From a virus (Duplodnaviria > Caudoviricetes): DNA of 27,835 bases. Positions 1-7,851 of this stretch are shown piece after piece. The notes beneath the pieces were generated by a model, which was not told where the DNA came from, did not search any database, and saw only the letters and a list, made by a program, of their open reading frames with translations. The translations under genes and the position numbers were made by a program. Numbering within the stretch: the first letter of the stretch is position 1; the number at the start of each line of letters is the position of its first letter. The DNA is taken from IMG/VR virus record IMGVR_UViG_3300044513_004080, positions 1 to 27,835 of that record; one strand, written 5' to 3'.

Positions 1-257
1 TAGAGGCAGTAACCATCAGGATTGGTATCAAGAAAATTCTTAACGACAGCGAGAGAGAAGAAAGTCTTTCCAGTAGAAGACTCTCCAGCAATAGCAGTAA
101 TCTTATTCCCAGATACACCACCAAATACGCTACCTGAAACCAGTGCGTTAAAAATGTATGAACCTGTGTCAACATATGTTTCAGTCTCATCAATATCAGA
201 TGCTAACTTAGTAAAATCATCACCAATTTCTTTTACAATATCTTTAAGAAAATCCAT
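1..257 (-). CDS. uvsX: RecA-like recombinase UvsX, N-terminal part (runs off the window; not in the ORF track)
   Basis: Manual translation from ATG at 257: MDFLKDIVKEIGDDFTKLASDIDETETYVDTGSYIFNALVSGSVFGGVSGNKITAIAGESSTGKTFFSL. Walker A GESSTGKT; usual position downstream of gp43. Confidence 0.95.
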   Translation of the reverse strand, partial: MDFLKDIVKEIGDDFTKLASDIDETETYVDTGSYIFNALVSGSVFGGVSGNKITAIAGESSTGKTFFSLAVVKNFLDTNPDGYCL

Positions 258-385
258 CAATTATCTCCAATAAAAACATAATCTGAATGTTGAGATTTAA
301 ATATCTCCACCGCCTCTTCAGTTTTAAAAAACTTAAAGAGTATTGTGTTTGGAAACTCTTTAAGGGAATAATTTACTTTAATCAT
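257..385 (-). CDS. small hypothetical protein (42 aa; not in the ORF track)
   Basis: MIKVNYSLKEFPNTILFKFFKTEEAVEIFKSQHSDYVFIGDN*. Fills the gap exactly, with TGATG-type coupling to both neighbours. Confidence 0.65.
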   Translation of the reverse strand: MIKVNYSLKEFPNTILFKFFKTEEAVEIFKSQHSDYVFIGDN

Positions 386-549
386 CATGCCGCCATCCCG
401 TATTGTTCACGAAGAATTTTTTTATAAGGTAGGTCTTGCTCACGCAATTCCTTTACCAATTTAAGTTTTTGATACAGTGCAGTATCTCCACCAAGGTGCA
501 TTGCACTTACAATAGTGGCAAGTTCTTTATCGTCGATAGGAAGATCCAT
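385..549 (-). CDS. cyanophage hypothetical protein (54 aa)
   Basis: Start taken at MDLPIDDKEL; its ATG overlaps the gp43 stop (TAATG). Confidence 0.75.
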   Translation of the reverse strand: MDLPIDDKELATIVSAMHLGGDTALYQKLKLVKELREQDLPYKKILREQYGMAA

Positions 550-3050
550 TATCCAAAAAATAGTTCCAAGTTTACAGTTTTTTCTACACTCCAACCAATA
601 GCATCCAAGATTGCTTTTAGTGGTTCGACAAAACTCTTTTCAAATTGTAGTTCATAGTCTATGTACTTGTCAAGATTCAATTCCTTAGGAAAATCTTGAA
701 TAAATGAAATGACATTTTCGTGAATGATATTTGGTTTTTTCAAATAGAGAAATTTAATCTTTTCTCCATTATTAATTAAGGAGTACTTATTTGTTAATTT
801 ATTCTCCTTTATATAATGATTGAAAAGAAGTGCTCCCCGACAATGAATGGGAGTTCCCTTCACATAAATGTCTGCATGAGACTTGTACTTTACAACATCA
901 GATACTGATCGCGGAAAAGCAATTTCTTCTGGAGGAAGTTTTTTAAATTCCGATCGACATTTATCGATAAAGTCAATCACATCATCTTCAGTTCCATTCA
1001 TCATAAGTTTTAGACCATCTTTAATCATCTTACGACAAGGGGCAGGTGTAGATGATTTAACTGCTTCAATGCCCATCATCTTCAGTTTTGGTTCAGTATA
1101 TTGAACTCCCTCACTATTCCACACATTGAGAATGTAACGCTTTTTCGCAGTCCAGATTCCACGTTCAGCAATGTTCTCACGCTTCATGAACATTTTTTGT
1201 TCATATGCCGAAACATAATTCGCAAGTTCCTGATAACTGGATTCGATGAATGGTTCCAACTTCTCTTGGCAGATCTTGTCAAGTATTCCAACAATCGCTG
1301 CTTTATCATCAGACTTATTACCAAAAAATTTAGTAACAAGAGGTCCAAGGTTAAGATAGATGCTGTCAGTGTCGGATGCGATAACATAATCCTCCTCCTC
1401 TGTTTGCAAAATCTTATTTAGATAATCGTTCATCTTGTTCTCTATCCAGCGGATAGAGACTTGCCCAGAGAGTGTAATTGCTTCTGCATTCGCAAGTTTA
1501 TAATATCTAAAGTACTGGTTACCGATAGCGCCATAAGCAGAATTAAGTTGAATCTTACGAGCCATCTGGATATTGTTGCACCGTGCAATTTCCTTTTCCA
1601 GATCTTTTGTTTTTTTCTTCTCATACTCCTGTTTAGCAGCAAGCATCTTCTTCTTATAAATGGTGCGATCTTTATAGATCTTCTCCATCAGTTCTGGAAG
1701 GAATCCACGAACATCTTTACGGTACATAGCACCATTGGCACAGACCGCATAGTCCTTATAAAACTCAAACTGAATATCTTGGTTTAAGATTTTCTCAACA
1801 GATGCGCTGGGATGTCTTTCCTCACAGAGGGTCTCTGGTGAGATGTTGTACTGCATAATAAGGTGAGGGTAAAGACTATTAAGGTCAAAAGACACAACCC
1901 AATCATACTTTCCAGGAATCGGTTCCTTGACGTAGGCTCCTGCATACTTAGAATCTTTATCAGAACGTTCTTTGGGAGGAATGACAATATTCCTTTCCTT
2001 TAGATAGTTATAAATGATCGTATCCCACATACGAACTTGAGAAAATACGTCAGCATAATTTGCCTTAGCATCATACGCCATAACGATTGCAAGTTCAATA
2101 AGTTTCATCTTATCTTCCAAGCGGTCAACAAGTTCTACGTCAACGATGTTGTACTCTACAAACTTTTGCCATCCATTAGTGTAAAAATCCTTAAAGGTAT
2201 CAAACTCACTGTGATCGAGTTTCTTTTGCCCAAGTTCTACACTAGCAATATAATCTAGGCGATAAGATTCCTGTGCCTTATAAGTGAACTTCTTATAAAG
2301 GTTAAGATAATCAAGTTGAGTGATACCACCAACATCATAAGAAATGTGCTTACGTCCAGCAATGAATGTTTCACGTTCTGTAACCAATCCCCACGGCGAG
2401 AGTCGTTTCATCAACTTTTCACCAAGCACACGCTCAATACGACGAACCAAATAAGGCATATCGTAAAGTTCGCTATTCCAACCAGTAATAACTTCTGGAG
2501 TATTTTCCCCAATCATCCACCAGTTGATGAAGTCATTCAGAAGATCATACTCATTATTAAACTGCTTGTAATAGTGATTACCTTGTTTTAGTTTGAAGGG
2601 TCCTTGACCCCAGGTAATGATTTCCTTTGTACTATAATCCTGAATTGTAATAAGAAGAACTTCTTCGGCAGCAGATTCTACATCTGGAAATCCATTCTCA
2701 GATTTAACTTCAATATCAATAGTAGTTAGTTTAATCTTACTAATATCAAACTTAATTTCATCTCCAGGATAATTTTCGGAAATATATTGATAAATGTATC
2801 CAGTATTTCCGTAAATATTAAAGTTTTCTACACCATCATACTTTTTAACGAACTCTCTACAATCACGAACACTACCAGGTTTAATTGGTTCAACATATTC
2901 ACCTGTTAAAGTTTTGTAATTGGTAGGGCGCTTTGACGGGACAAAAAGAGTGGGGTTAAACTTTTCACGGGTCATGAAATGTTTACCATTCTCATAACCA
3001 CGAACCAAAAAGTTGTCACCTACCAGTTGAACATTGGTGTAAAATTTCAT
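549..3050 (-). CDS. gp43: family B DNA polymerase (T4 gp43-like)
   Basis: Exonuclease motif DIEV; polymerase motifs SFDLNSLYP, KIQLNSAYG and ASDTDS; 833 aa with no intein-sized insertion. Confidence 0.99.
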   Translation of the reverse strand: MKFYTNVQLVGDNFLVRGYENGKHFMTREKFNPTLFVPSKRPTNYKTLTGEYVEPIKPGSVRDCREFVKKYDGVENFNIYGNTGYIYQYISENYPGDEIKFDISKIKLTTIDIEVKSENGFPDVESAAEEVLLITIQDYSTKEIITWGQGPFKLKQGNHYYKQFNNEYDLLNDFINWWMIGENTPEVITGWNSELYDMPYLVRRIERVLGEKLMKRLSPWGLVTERETFIAGRKHISYDVGGITQLDYLNLYKKFTYKAQESYRLDYIASVELGQKKLDHSEFDTFKDFYTNGWQKFVEYNIVDVELVDRLEDKMKLIELAIVMAYDAKANYADVFSQVRMWDTIIYNYLKERNIVIPPKERSDKDSKYAGAYVKEPIPGKYDWVVSFDLNSLYPHLIMQYNISPETLCEERHPSASVEKILNQDIQFEFYKDYAVCANGAMYRKDVRGFLPELMEKIYKDRTIYKKKMLAAKQEYEKKKTKDLEKEIARCNNIQMARKIQLNSAYGAIGNQYFRYYKLANAEAITLSGQVSIRWIENKMNDYLNKILQTEEEDYVIASDTDSIYLNLGPLVTKFFGNKSDDKAAIVGILDKICQEKLEPFIESSYQELANYVSAYEQKMFMKRENIAERGIWTAKKRYILNVWNSEGVQYTEPKLKMMGIEAVKSSTPAPCRKMIKDGLKLMMNGTEDDVIDFIDKCRSEFKKLPPEEIAFPRSVSDVVKYKSHADIYVKGTPIHCRGALLFNHYIKENKLTNKYSLINNGEKIKFLYLKKPNIIHENVISFIQDFPKELNLDKYIDYELQFEKSFVEPLKAILDAIGWSVEKTVNLELFFG

Positions 3051-3771
3051 CAGTTGTTTTCAAATAGCGTCGGTCGTGCTCAAAACTCTGGTTTGCCCAC
3101 CTTTCTATCATAGCACCCTTTCCAGTAAATTCCTCATATGCGGTAATAAACATTGAAAAATAATGCCAGAATTTATGGGGGATATACTGGGGGGACAAAC
3201 AAACAAAAATATGATCAAAATTATAATCTGGAAAAGTGTAATTCTCCTTCTCAAGATTATAATATTCTGATATCAATGATTGATTGGCATGATTCCACCT
3301 TTTATTCTTACTATTGTAATTGCTGATCCAAGTATAGGATTTCAATTTTCCCTGAGATTTTAAGTATGCAACCCAGTTCCCTTCATTGACTCTACCAGAT
3401 GCAACTATCTCCAAGTATTCTTTTTGAAGACTATCGTCACCATTGAGAATGTCATCAAAATCTCCAGCAAAAACATCATCATGGTGATCAATGTTAATCA
3501 GATCAATATCCGAAAAGTTTTCTATTGCATACAAGATAGAATCGTGAGTGTATCCAAAAGAAACATTCTCACAATTCTTAAGTGCTTTGAGAAAAACATT
3601 ATAGCAATACATCAGATTTGATGTATTAATATTAAAGGAGTTATCATTGAATGGAGTATGTTCGAAAAGAGTTCTCCATCTAGTTTCAGGATTTCCATAA
3701 TAAAATATTCCATTATATATTTCAATGGAAGGTTCCATTATATAATCAAGATCAATGCTCAATACTTTCAT
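3016..3771 (-). CDS. putative metallohydrolase of the arginase/ureohydrolase-like (UPF0489-like) fold
   Basis: Motifs VLSIDLDY, YTHD, NIDHHDD, VNEGNW and FVCLSPQY; AT-rich; overlaps the gp43 start by 35 nt. The family call is by motif only. Confidence 0.55.
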   Translation of the reverse strand: MKVLSIDLDYIMEPSIEIYNGIFYYGNPETRWRTLFEHTPFNDNSFNINTSNLMYCYNVFLKALKNCENVSFGYTHDSILYAIENFSDIDLINIDHHDDVFAGDFDDILNGDDSLQKEYLEIVASGRVNEGNWVAYLKSQGKLKSYTWISNYNSKNKRWNHANQSLISEYYNLEKENYTFPDYNFDHIFVCLSPQYIPHKFWHYFSMFITAYEEFTGKGAMIERWANQSFEHDRRYLKTTDEILHQCSTGR

Positions 3772-3994
3772 ATTCTTTAACTGTTTTTAAATTGGGTTCA
3801 ACAATAGTTAAAATATTTTCAGATCTGAGCATTACTTTATTTTCATCAGAAAAATCAAACCATTTTTTCATTCCATCAGAAGTTATTTCATAGAAATCAC
3901 TAATTTGGCAATTAGGATCTCCCAGTTCTGCAGAAACTTCTTCAATCTTTCCAATTAAAATAGTTCCATTCAAGAGAACTAGGCATTTAAGCAT
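3752..3994 (-). CDS. hypothetical protein (small beta-rich, possibly Sm-like)
   Basis: Start taken at MLKCLVLLNGTILIGKIEEV, overlapping the upstream stop. Confidence 0.7.
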   Translation of the reverse strand: MLKCLVLLNGTILIGKIEEVSAELGDPNCQISDFYEITSDGMKKWFDFSDENKVMLRSENILTIVEPNLKTVKEYESIEH

Positions 3995-4307
3995 CGTCAG
4001 AATCTCCGACTTTCTCAATGTAAATGTTCATAACTTCTTCGATTGGATCGCACATGGTAACAATCTGCGTTGGTGGAACCAAAAACTGTTTATCAATCGA
4101 AAGATCAATCCAAGGTTTGAGAAGAATAGAAACAGATTCTGAAATATCTTCAGTCAAAGTTTGCGCCTCTTGAACTTCAACGAATTGAGGATCTGTAAGT
4201 ACATACCCAATAAATTGAATTTTACCTTCAATCTCCCTAGTTGCCTCACTTGTTTTGGCAATAACACGATCCCCATTAGCGAGAACCGAAATCTTAATGT
4301 TGTTCAT
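3987..4307 (-). CDS. hypothetical protein (small beta-rich, possibly Sm-like)
   Basis: 106 aa ORF with GAGG SD and a consensus promoter upstream; N-terminal pattern IKISVLANGDRVIA. Confidence 0.8.
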   Translation of the reverse strand: MNNIKISVLANGDRVIAKTSEATREIEGKIQFIGYVLTDPQFVEVQEAQTLTEDISESVSILLKPWIDLSIDKQFLVPPTQIVTMCDPIEEVMNIYIEKVGDSDDA

Positions 4308-4330
4308 TTTAATTATAAAACCTCTTAAAG

Positions 4331-4359
4331 ATTATAGCAATAAAAAGGGGAGGTGTCAA
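4331..4359 (-). promoter_or_regulatory. consensus sigma70-type promoter
   Basis: Minus strand TTGACA(4359-4354)-17 nt-TATAAT(4336-4331), with extended -10 TGc. Confidence 0.85.
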
Positions 4360-4383
4360 CTGGATTTTGCCAGTTACCTCCCC
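4342..4383 (-). terminator. intrinsic terminator downstream of hsp20
   Basis: GGGGAGGT-AACTGG-caaaat-CCAGTT-gac-ACCTCCCC followed by TTTTT. Confidence 0.8.
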
Positions 4384-4406
4384 GTGGCATAGCGCCGACG
4401 ATATTC
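4342..4406 (-). ncRNA. candidate small structured RNA (about 65 nt)
   Basis: Late-promoter-like CTAAATA at 4418-4412, then two adjacent hairpins (4400-4383 and 4383-4347) and a U-tract; no ORF. Confidence 0.3.
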
Positions 4407-4414
4407 AGTTTTAT

Positions 4415-4849
4415 TTAGAACCAATCTTTACGTTGATGATGCTCAGGCACAATCTTACCAAGAACAATACTCAGTAACCCATCCTCAAAAGTAACTGATC
4501 TAACTTCCGTGTCGTCACTGAGAGTCCAGGCTCGTGTAAACGAGCGTTGAGCCAAACCCTTGTGCAGGTAGTTAGTTTCCGTTTCTTTATCCTCTTTTTG
4601 ACCCTCAATAAAGAGTTTTCCATCTTGCGTATAGACATTAACTTCTGCTTTTCTAAATCCCGCTAGTGCAAGTTCAAGTCTAGATTCTATATTACTGACT
4701 TGAACTAGATTGTATGGAGGGTAATTTGATGTTGTTTCGTGGAGGTTAAACAAGCGATCAAAATATTCATCCATACCAATACTATGTTTATTTATTCTTT
4801 CAATCAGCGCAGGAAGATCCGCAGAAGTATACCTTGTGAGGTTGGTCAT
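4415..4849 (-). CDS. hsp20: small heat shock protein (Hsp20/IbpA-like)
   Basis: YPPYNL, LELALAGF, YLHKGLAQRSFTR and DGLLSI: alpha-crystallin domain. Confidence 0.97.
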   Translation of the reverse strand: MTNLTRYTSADLPALIERINKHSIGMDEYFDRLFNLHETTSNYPPYNLVQVSNIESRLELALAGFRKAEVNVYTQDGKLFIEGQKEDKETETNYLHKGLAQRSFTRAWTLSDDTEVRSVTFEDGLLSIVLGKIVPEHHQRKDWF

Positions 4850-4857
4850 TATAGTAG

Positions 4858-4903
4858 CTCCTTTAAAAGCGAGTTTGTGTTTTGTGGACCCTTATGGCAT
4901 CCA
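4858..4903 (-). promoter_or_regulatory. ROSE-like RNA thermometer in the hsp20 leader
   Basis: CUCGCUU-UUA-AAGGAG: a UCGCU motif with bulged G pairs with the SD. A second hairpin, UGGAUGCC-AUAA-GGGUCCA, lies upstream. Confidence 0.6.
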
Positions 4904-4907
4904 ACCT

Positions 4908-4915
4908 TATTTATA
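4908..4915 (-). promoter_or_regulatory. T4-type late promoter for hsp20
   Basis: Exact TATAAATA immediately after the regA terminator. Confidence 0.85.
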
Positions 4916-4925
4916 GCATAGAATA

Positions 4926-4951
4926 TAAAAAAAGCGGGTATTAAAACCCGC
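4926..4951 (-). terminator. intrinsic terminator after regA
   Basis: GCGGGT-tttaat-ACCCGC followed by TTTTTTT. Confidence 0.85.
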
Positions 4952-4957
4952 ACTTTT

Positions 4958-5398
4958 TTATTCGGTAATTTCTACTTTTTTCTTCTTTGCCCCGATATTG
5001 TATTTAGTTTCCAGAATCCAATCACCCTTGTCCTTATAAGCAAGGACTTTGATTTGGTTGAGTGGAGCAATATCTTGAATCTTTACTATATCAACAATCT
5101 CAATCAAACCCCAATCTGCAAGAAGTTGTGCAATGCGATTTCGACGCTGCACATCATTTTGCGTTAAATTTGCATGTTTACCATCAAGGGCAAACAGTTC
5201 CTTAAAGTGAACGAGATAATATCTACCTTGCTTGTGTAAAATATGGCAAGACTGATAGATTTTCTTTTCCTTTCGTGATGCGACTCCGATACGGGTCAAA
5301 GTTTCACGCACTTTCAAAAAGTCATCGGGTTCTCCAAGAAGAACCTCAACCATTTGATCAGGCGTCCATTTTACCTCAGTTTCTTGAACGACACTCAT
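4958..5398 (-). CDS. regA: translational repressor RegA
   Basis: PDDFLKVRETLTRIGVAS, YQSCHILHKQGRYYLVHFKELFALDG; start taken at MSVVQE behind GGAGG. Confidence 0.98.
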   Translation of the reverse strand: MSVVQETEVKWTPDQMVEVLLGEPDDFLKVRETLTRIGVASRKEKKIYQSCHILHKQGRYYLVHFKELFALDGKHANLTQNDVQRRNRIAQLLADWGLIEIVDIVKIQDIAPLNQIKVLAYKDKGDWILETKYNIGAKKKKVEITE

Positions 5399-5774
5399 TG
5401 CTTCCTCCAGTTTCAAATTTCGATTTAATAAAATTGATTTGTTCTTTGGTAAGTATTTTCAAAGCCTGTTTTGCCTTTTCATTACTATAACCATAATAAC
5501 GTTTGACATAATCAAGATCTTTGATCTTATCTTGTCGGATCCAGGGAGAAAATCTCTTCTTTTTCCTCAGACTATTTAGATAAAAATCATATTGTAGTTT
5601 TTTAGGAAGGAAATGATATTGGTTCATTTCATTAGCAAACATAATGGCATCTAAATGCCCAGAGAAGCAGCGGTTCACAATATAAGGAGGATATTCCTTC
5701 TCAAGTGAAGGATCTTCATCAATAAGATTCTCCTTCGTCTGATTGATCGAGTTTAACCAGTCCTTCAATTCCAT
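5376..5774 (-). CDS. gp62: clamp loader small subunit (gp62)
   Basis: MELKDWLNSINQTK, YPPYIVNRCFS, RKKKRFSPW, YYGYSNEKAKQAL; lies just upstream of regA. Confidence 0.95.
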   Translation of the reverse strand: MELKDWLNSINQTKENLIDEDPSLEKEYPPYIVNRCFSGHLDAIMFANEMNQYHFLPKKLQYDFYLNSLRKKKRFSPWIRQDKIKDLDYVKRYYGYSNEKAKQALKILTKEQINFIKSKFETGGSNECRSRN

Positions 5775-6603
5775 AATTAAAAAGTAATAGTTCCTTACGT
5801 TTCTTTTGCTCTCGCATATATTCGCCAACAGACCTCATTGTATAAGTAAGGTCAAACTCGGCAGCACTCCACTTGGGATCGGTGAATCTATCCCTAACAA
5901 GTTGATCAGAATTGTAACTAATCAACTGATCAAGACTACAAGCAGAGCAGTCAGCAGCAAACCTATCGTGATCAAATCCTTTGTGCATTGATCCCTTACG
6001 CCCATAGAGGTTATCCTTAATATCATAAGGAGGATCAAGATATACAAAAGCATTACCTTCAGCACCAAGTAGGTAATCATAGGAGTAATTAGTTATACGC
6101 CACTTTTTGATTATTTCAGAATAACCTGGCAGTTTGTCAATTCCCCTGAAGGAGAAGTTTGAGTCACTTGCTTGGGCGGAGAATGAACTGGATTCAGTAA
6201 GACCTGAGAAAGAGCATTTGTTAACAACATAGAAGGAAACAGCACGGTGGAAATTTTCACTGTCTTCCAGAGGTCTTGCAAGATATGCTTTGGCGTCAAG
6301 GAATAAGTTTTTAGCGCTTGTAGGATCAACATGGCGATATTTCAGTTGTAGCAGTTCATCTTTCATCTCACGACCAAACATCTGGAGTTGCTGCCAGAAG
6401 TTCACCAGAGGTTCATACAAATCATTAACCCAAACTTTCACATCTGGATACTTTTTAGTAATGTGTATTGCCACACTACCGCCACCAAGAAATGGTTCGC
6501 GGAATTCACCATACTCTCTCAGGTCAGGAAAGTATTGATCCATTTTCACGCAAGCGCGTGATTTACCCCCTGGATACCTGAGGGGAGTCTTGTGTGATTT
6601 CAT
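5719..6603 (-). CDS. dam: Dam-like N6-adenine DNA methyltransferase (D12 class)
   Basis: PLRYPGGKS, EPFLGGGSV (SAM binding) and YLDPPY (catalytic). Confidence 0.93.
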   Translation of the reverse strand: MKSHKTPLRYPGGKSRACVKMDQYFPDLREYGEFREPFLGGGSVAIHITKKYPDVKVWVNDLYEPLVNFWQQLQMFGREMKDELLQLKYRHVDPTSAKNLFLDAKAYLARPLEDSENFHRAVSFYVVNKCSFSGLTESSSFSAQASDSNFSFRGIDKLPGYSEIIKKWRITNYSYDYLLGAEGNAFVYLDPPYDIKDNLYGRKGSMHKGFDHDRFAADCSACSLDQLISYNSDQLVRDRFTDPKWSAAEFDLTYTMRSVGEYMREQKKRKELLLFNYGIEGLVKLDQSDEGESY

Positions 6604-6802
6604 AATCTTTAGGGTGATACTTCAAGTATTCGAGGAAGGTCATTTTCATTTCCTTCTTAGTCATACCACAATGTTTTGCGGCAGCAGGTAGAGTCATTTT
6701 AGCACGAAACAGTGCCTCATTTGCTTCCGCCACATTCTCGGGAGTAGTTTTTACTCGTGGTTCTACCAACTTGGTTTTATCGATAATCAATAGTCCCATC
6801 AA
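6563..6802 (-). CDS. hypothetical protein, possible helix-turn-helix
   Basis: MTLPAAAKHCGMTKKEM resembles an HTH; tightly overlapped with neighbours. Confidence 0.7.
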   Translation of the reverse strand: MMGLLIIDKTKLVEPRVKTTPENVAEANEALFRAKMTLPAAAKHCGMTKKEMKMTFLEYLKYHPKDYEITQDSPQVSRG

Positions 6803-6968
6803 TATTCCTCAATTCGGTTGTAAGTGTATCAAAAAAACGGTTGATGCTTGATGCCATAAGACGATATCCAGTGCCAACATAGATTTGCCCAAGCACTACC
6901 GAAACAGTGGCAACTCCCCAAAAAATGTAATAGAACCTAGACTTAACCTGGTGACTTTTGTTTTTCAT
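6777..6968 (-). CDS. small hypothetical membrane protein
   Basis: One hydrophobic stretch, FYYIFWGVATVSVVLGQIYVG. Confidence 0.7.
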   Translation of the reverse strand: MKNKSHQVKSRFYYIFWGVATVSVVLGQIYVGTGYRLMASSINRFFDTLTTELRNIDGTIDYR

Positions 6969-6970
6969 TA

Positions 6971-7267
6971 TCAGGTAATTATTTTTTTTGTAGAGGTAGA
7001 AGGAGTAATCAAAGAAGAGAACATCTGTTTGTAGTTATCAACGATGTCTCCATTAGGATCTGTAATGTAGACAACATATCTACGAGTGATCTCTAACGGT
7101 TTGTTTTTTCCATCCAATAAAGGAGACCAAGGAGCAAAACCTAATTGCCCTTGACCAGTCGGAACGGCAACAATGGGATTCTCAATTACGATAAATTCTC
7201 CATTCTCTTTAATAAGGTCGGCAACTACATCCTCACCAGACCACATTTTGATCAATCTAACGTTCAT
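6971..7267 (-). CDS. hypothetical protein (possibly Sm-like fold)
   Basis: MNVRLIKMWSGEDVVADL...IENPIV...FAPWSP; GGAG SD. Confidence 0.8.
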   Translation of the reverse strand: MNVRLIKMWSGEDVVADLIKENGEFIVIENPIVAVPTGQGQLGFAPWSPLLDGKNKPLEITRRYVVYITDPNGDIVDNYKQMFSSLITPSTSTKKIIT

Positions 7268-7851
7268 TTAACTCCAGTCTCCATCCAACGAATTAACATT
7301 TCAGAAACTTGTGGTTCACACTTTTGAGCAACTTCATGTATGTACTTTTTCCTTTCCACAACCCACGCATTGTGTGCTGCATCTTCAGTATCAAATTGCC
7401 CAATTTGATAAAGTTTTCCATACCTCTTGATCCTGGCACGGAATTTATGTCTTTCCACAGTAACTCCTTTTTTAAGACCATTTTCAACTTTGGCATAACT
7501 ACCCTCAGAAATTAAAGTATTAATATCTGGAGAAATGAAGATACAGGTATCTGGACCATAAACTTTATTTCCAGGAACTTTCAAGTCTTTATCAAGGTTT
7601 TTACCTTTCCAATCTTGAGATTGCATCCACCTCTTAAAGTTAGAAAATGTATGCCATTCAGTAACTACAGTGCATCCAATATAAGGAGTTTCGATACCTG
7701 GACGACGTTTCCAATCTTCCATATAGCATCTGCTGATCATGTTCTTCCACGTACAATAATATGGACACATGACCCTTTTGCCGTTGATCAATGGGTTAAC
7801 TGGGTAGTCTGCATCATTAATGCCGACTCCACGAATAGGTTTTTTATTCAT
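7264..7851 (-). mobile_element. free-standing HNH-type homing endonuclease with C-terminal AP2-like DNA-binding domain
   Basis: GVGINDADY, YCTWKNMISRCY, EWHTFSNFKRWM, LDKDLKVPGNKVYGPDTCIF, then KGVT...KFRARI...IGQFDTEDAAHNAW. ATGA overlaps at both ends. Confidence 0.85.

Noticed and set aside
549-3050. Possible intein, split gene or altered active site in gp43
   Set aside because: It is a single ORF of ordinary length with canonical motifs.
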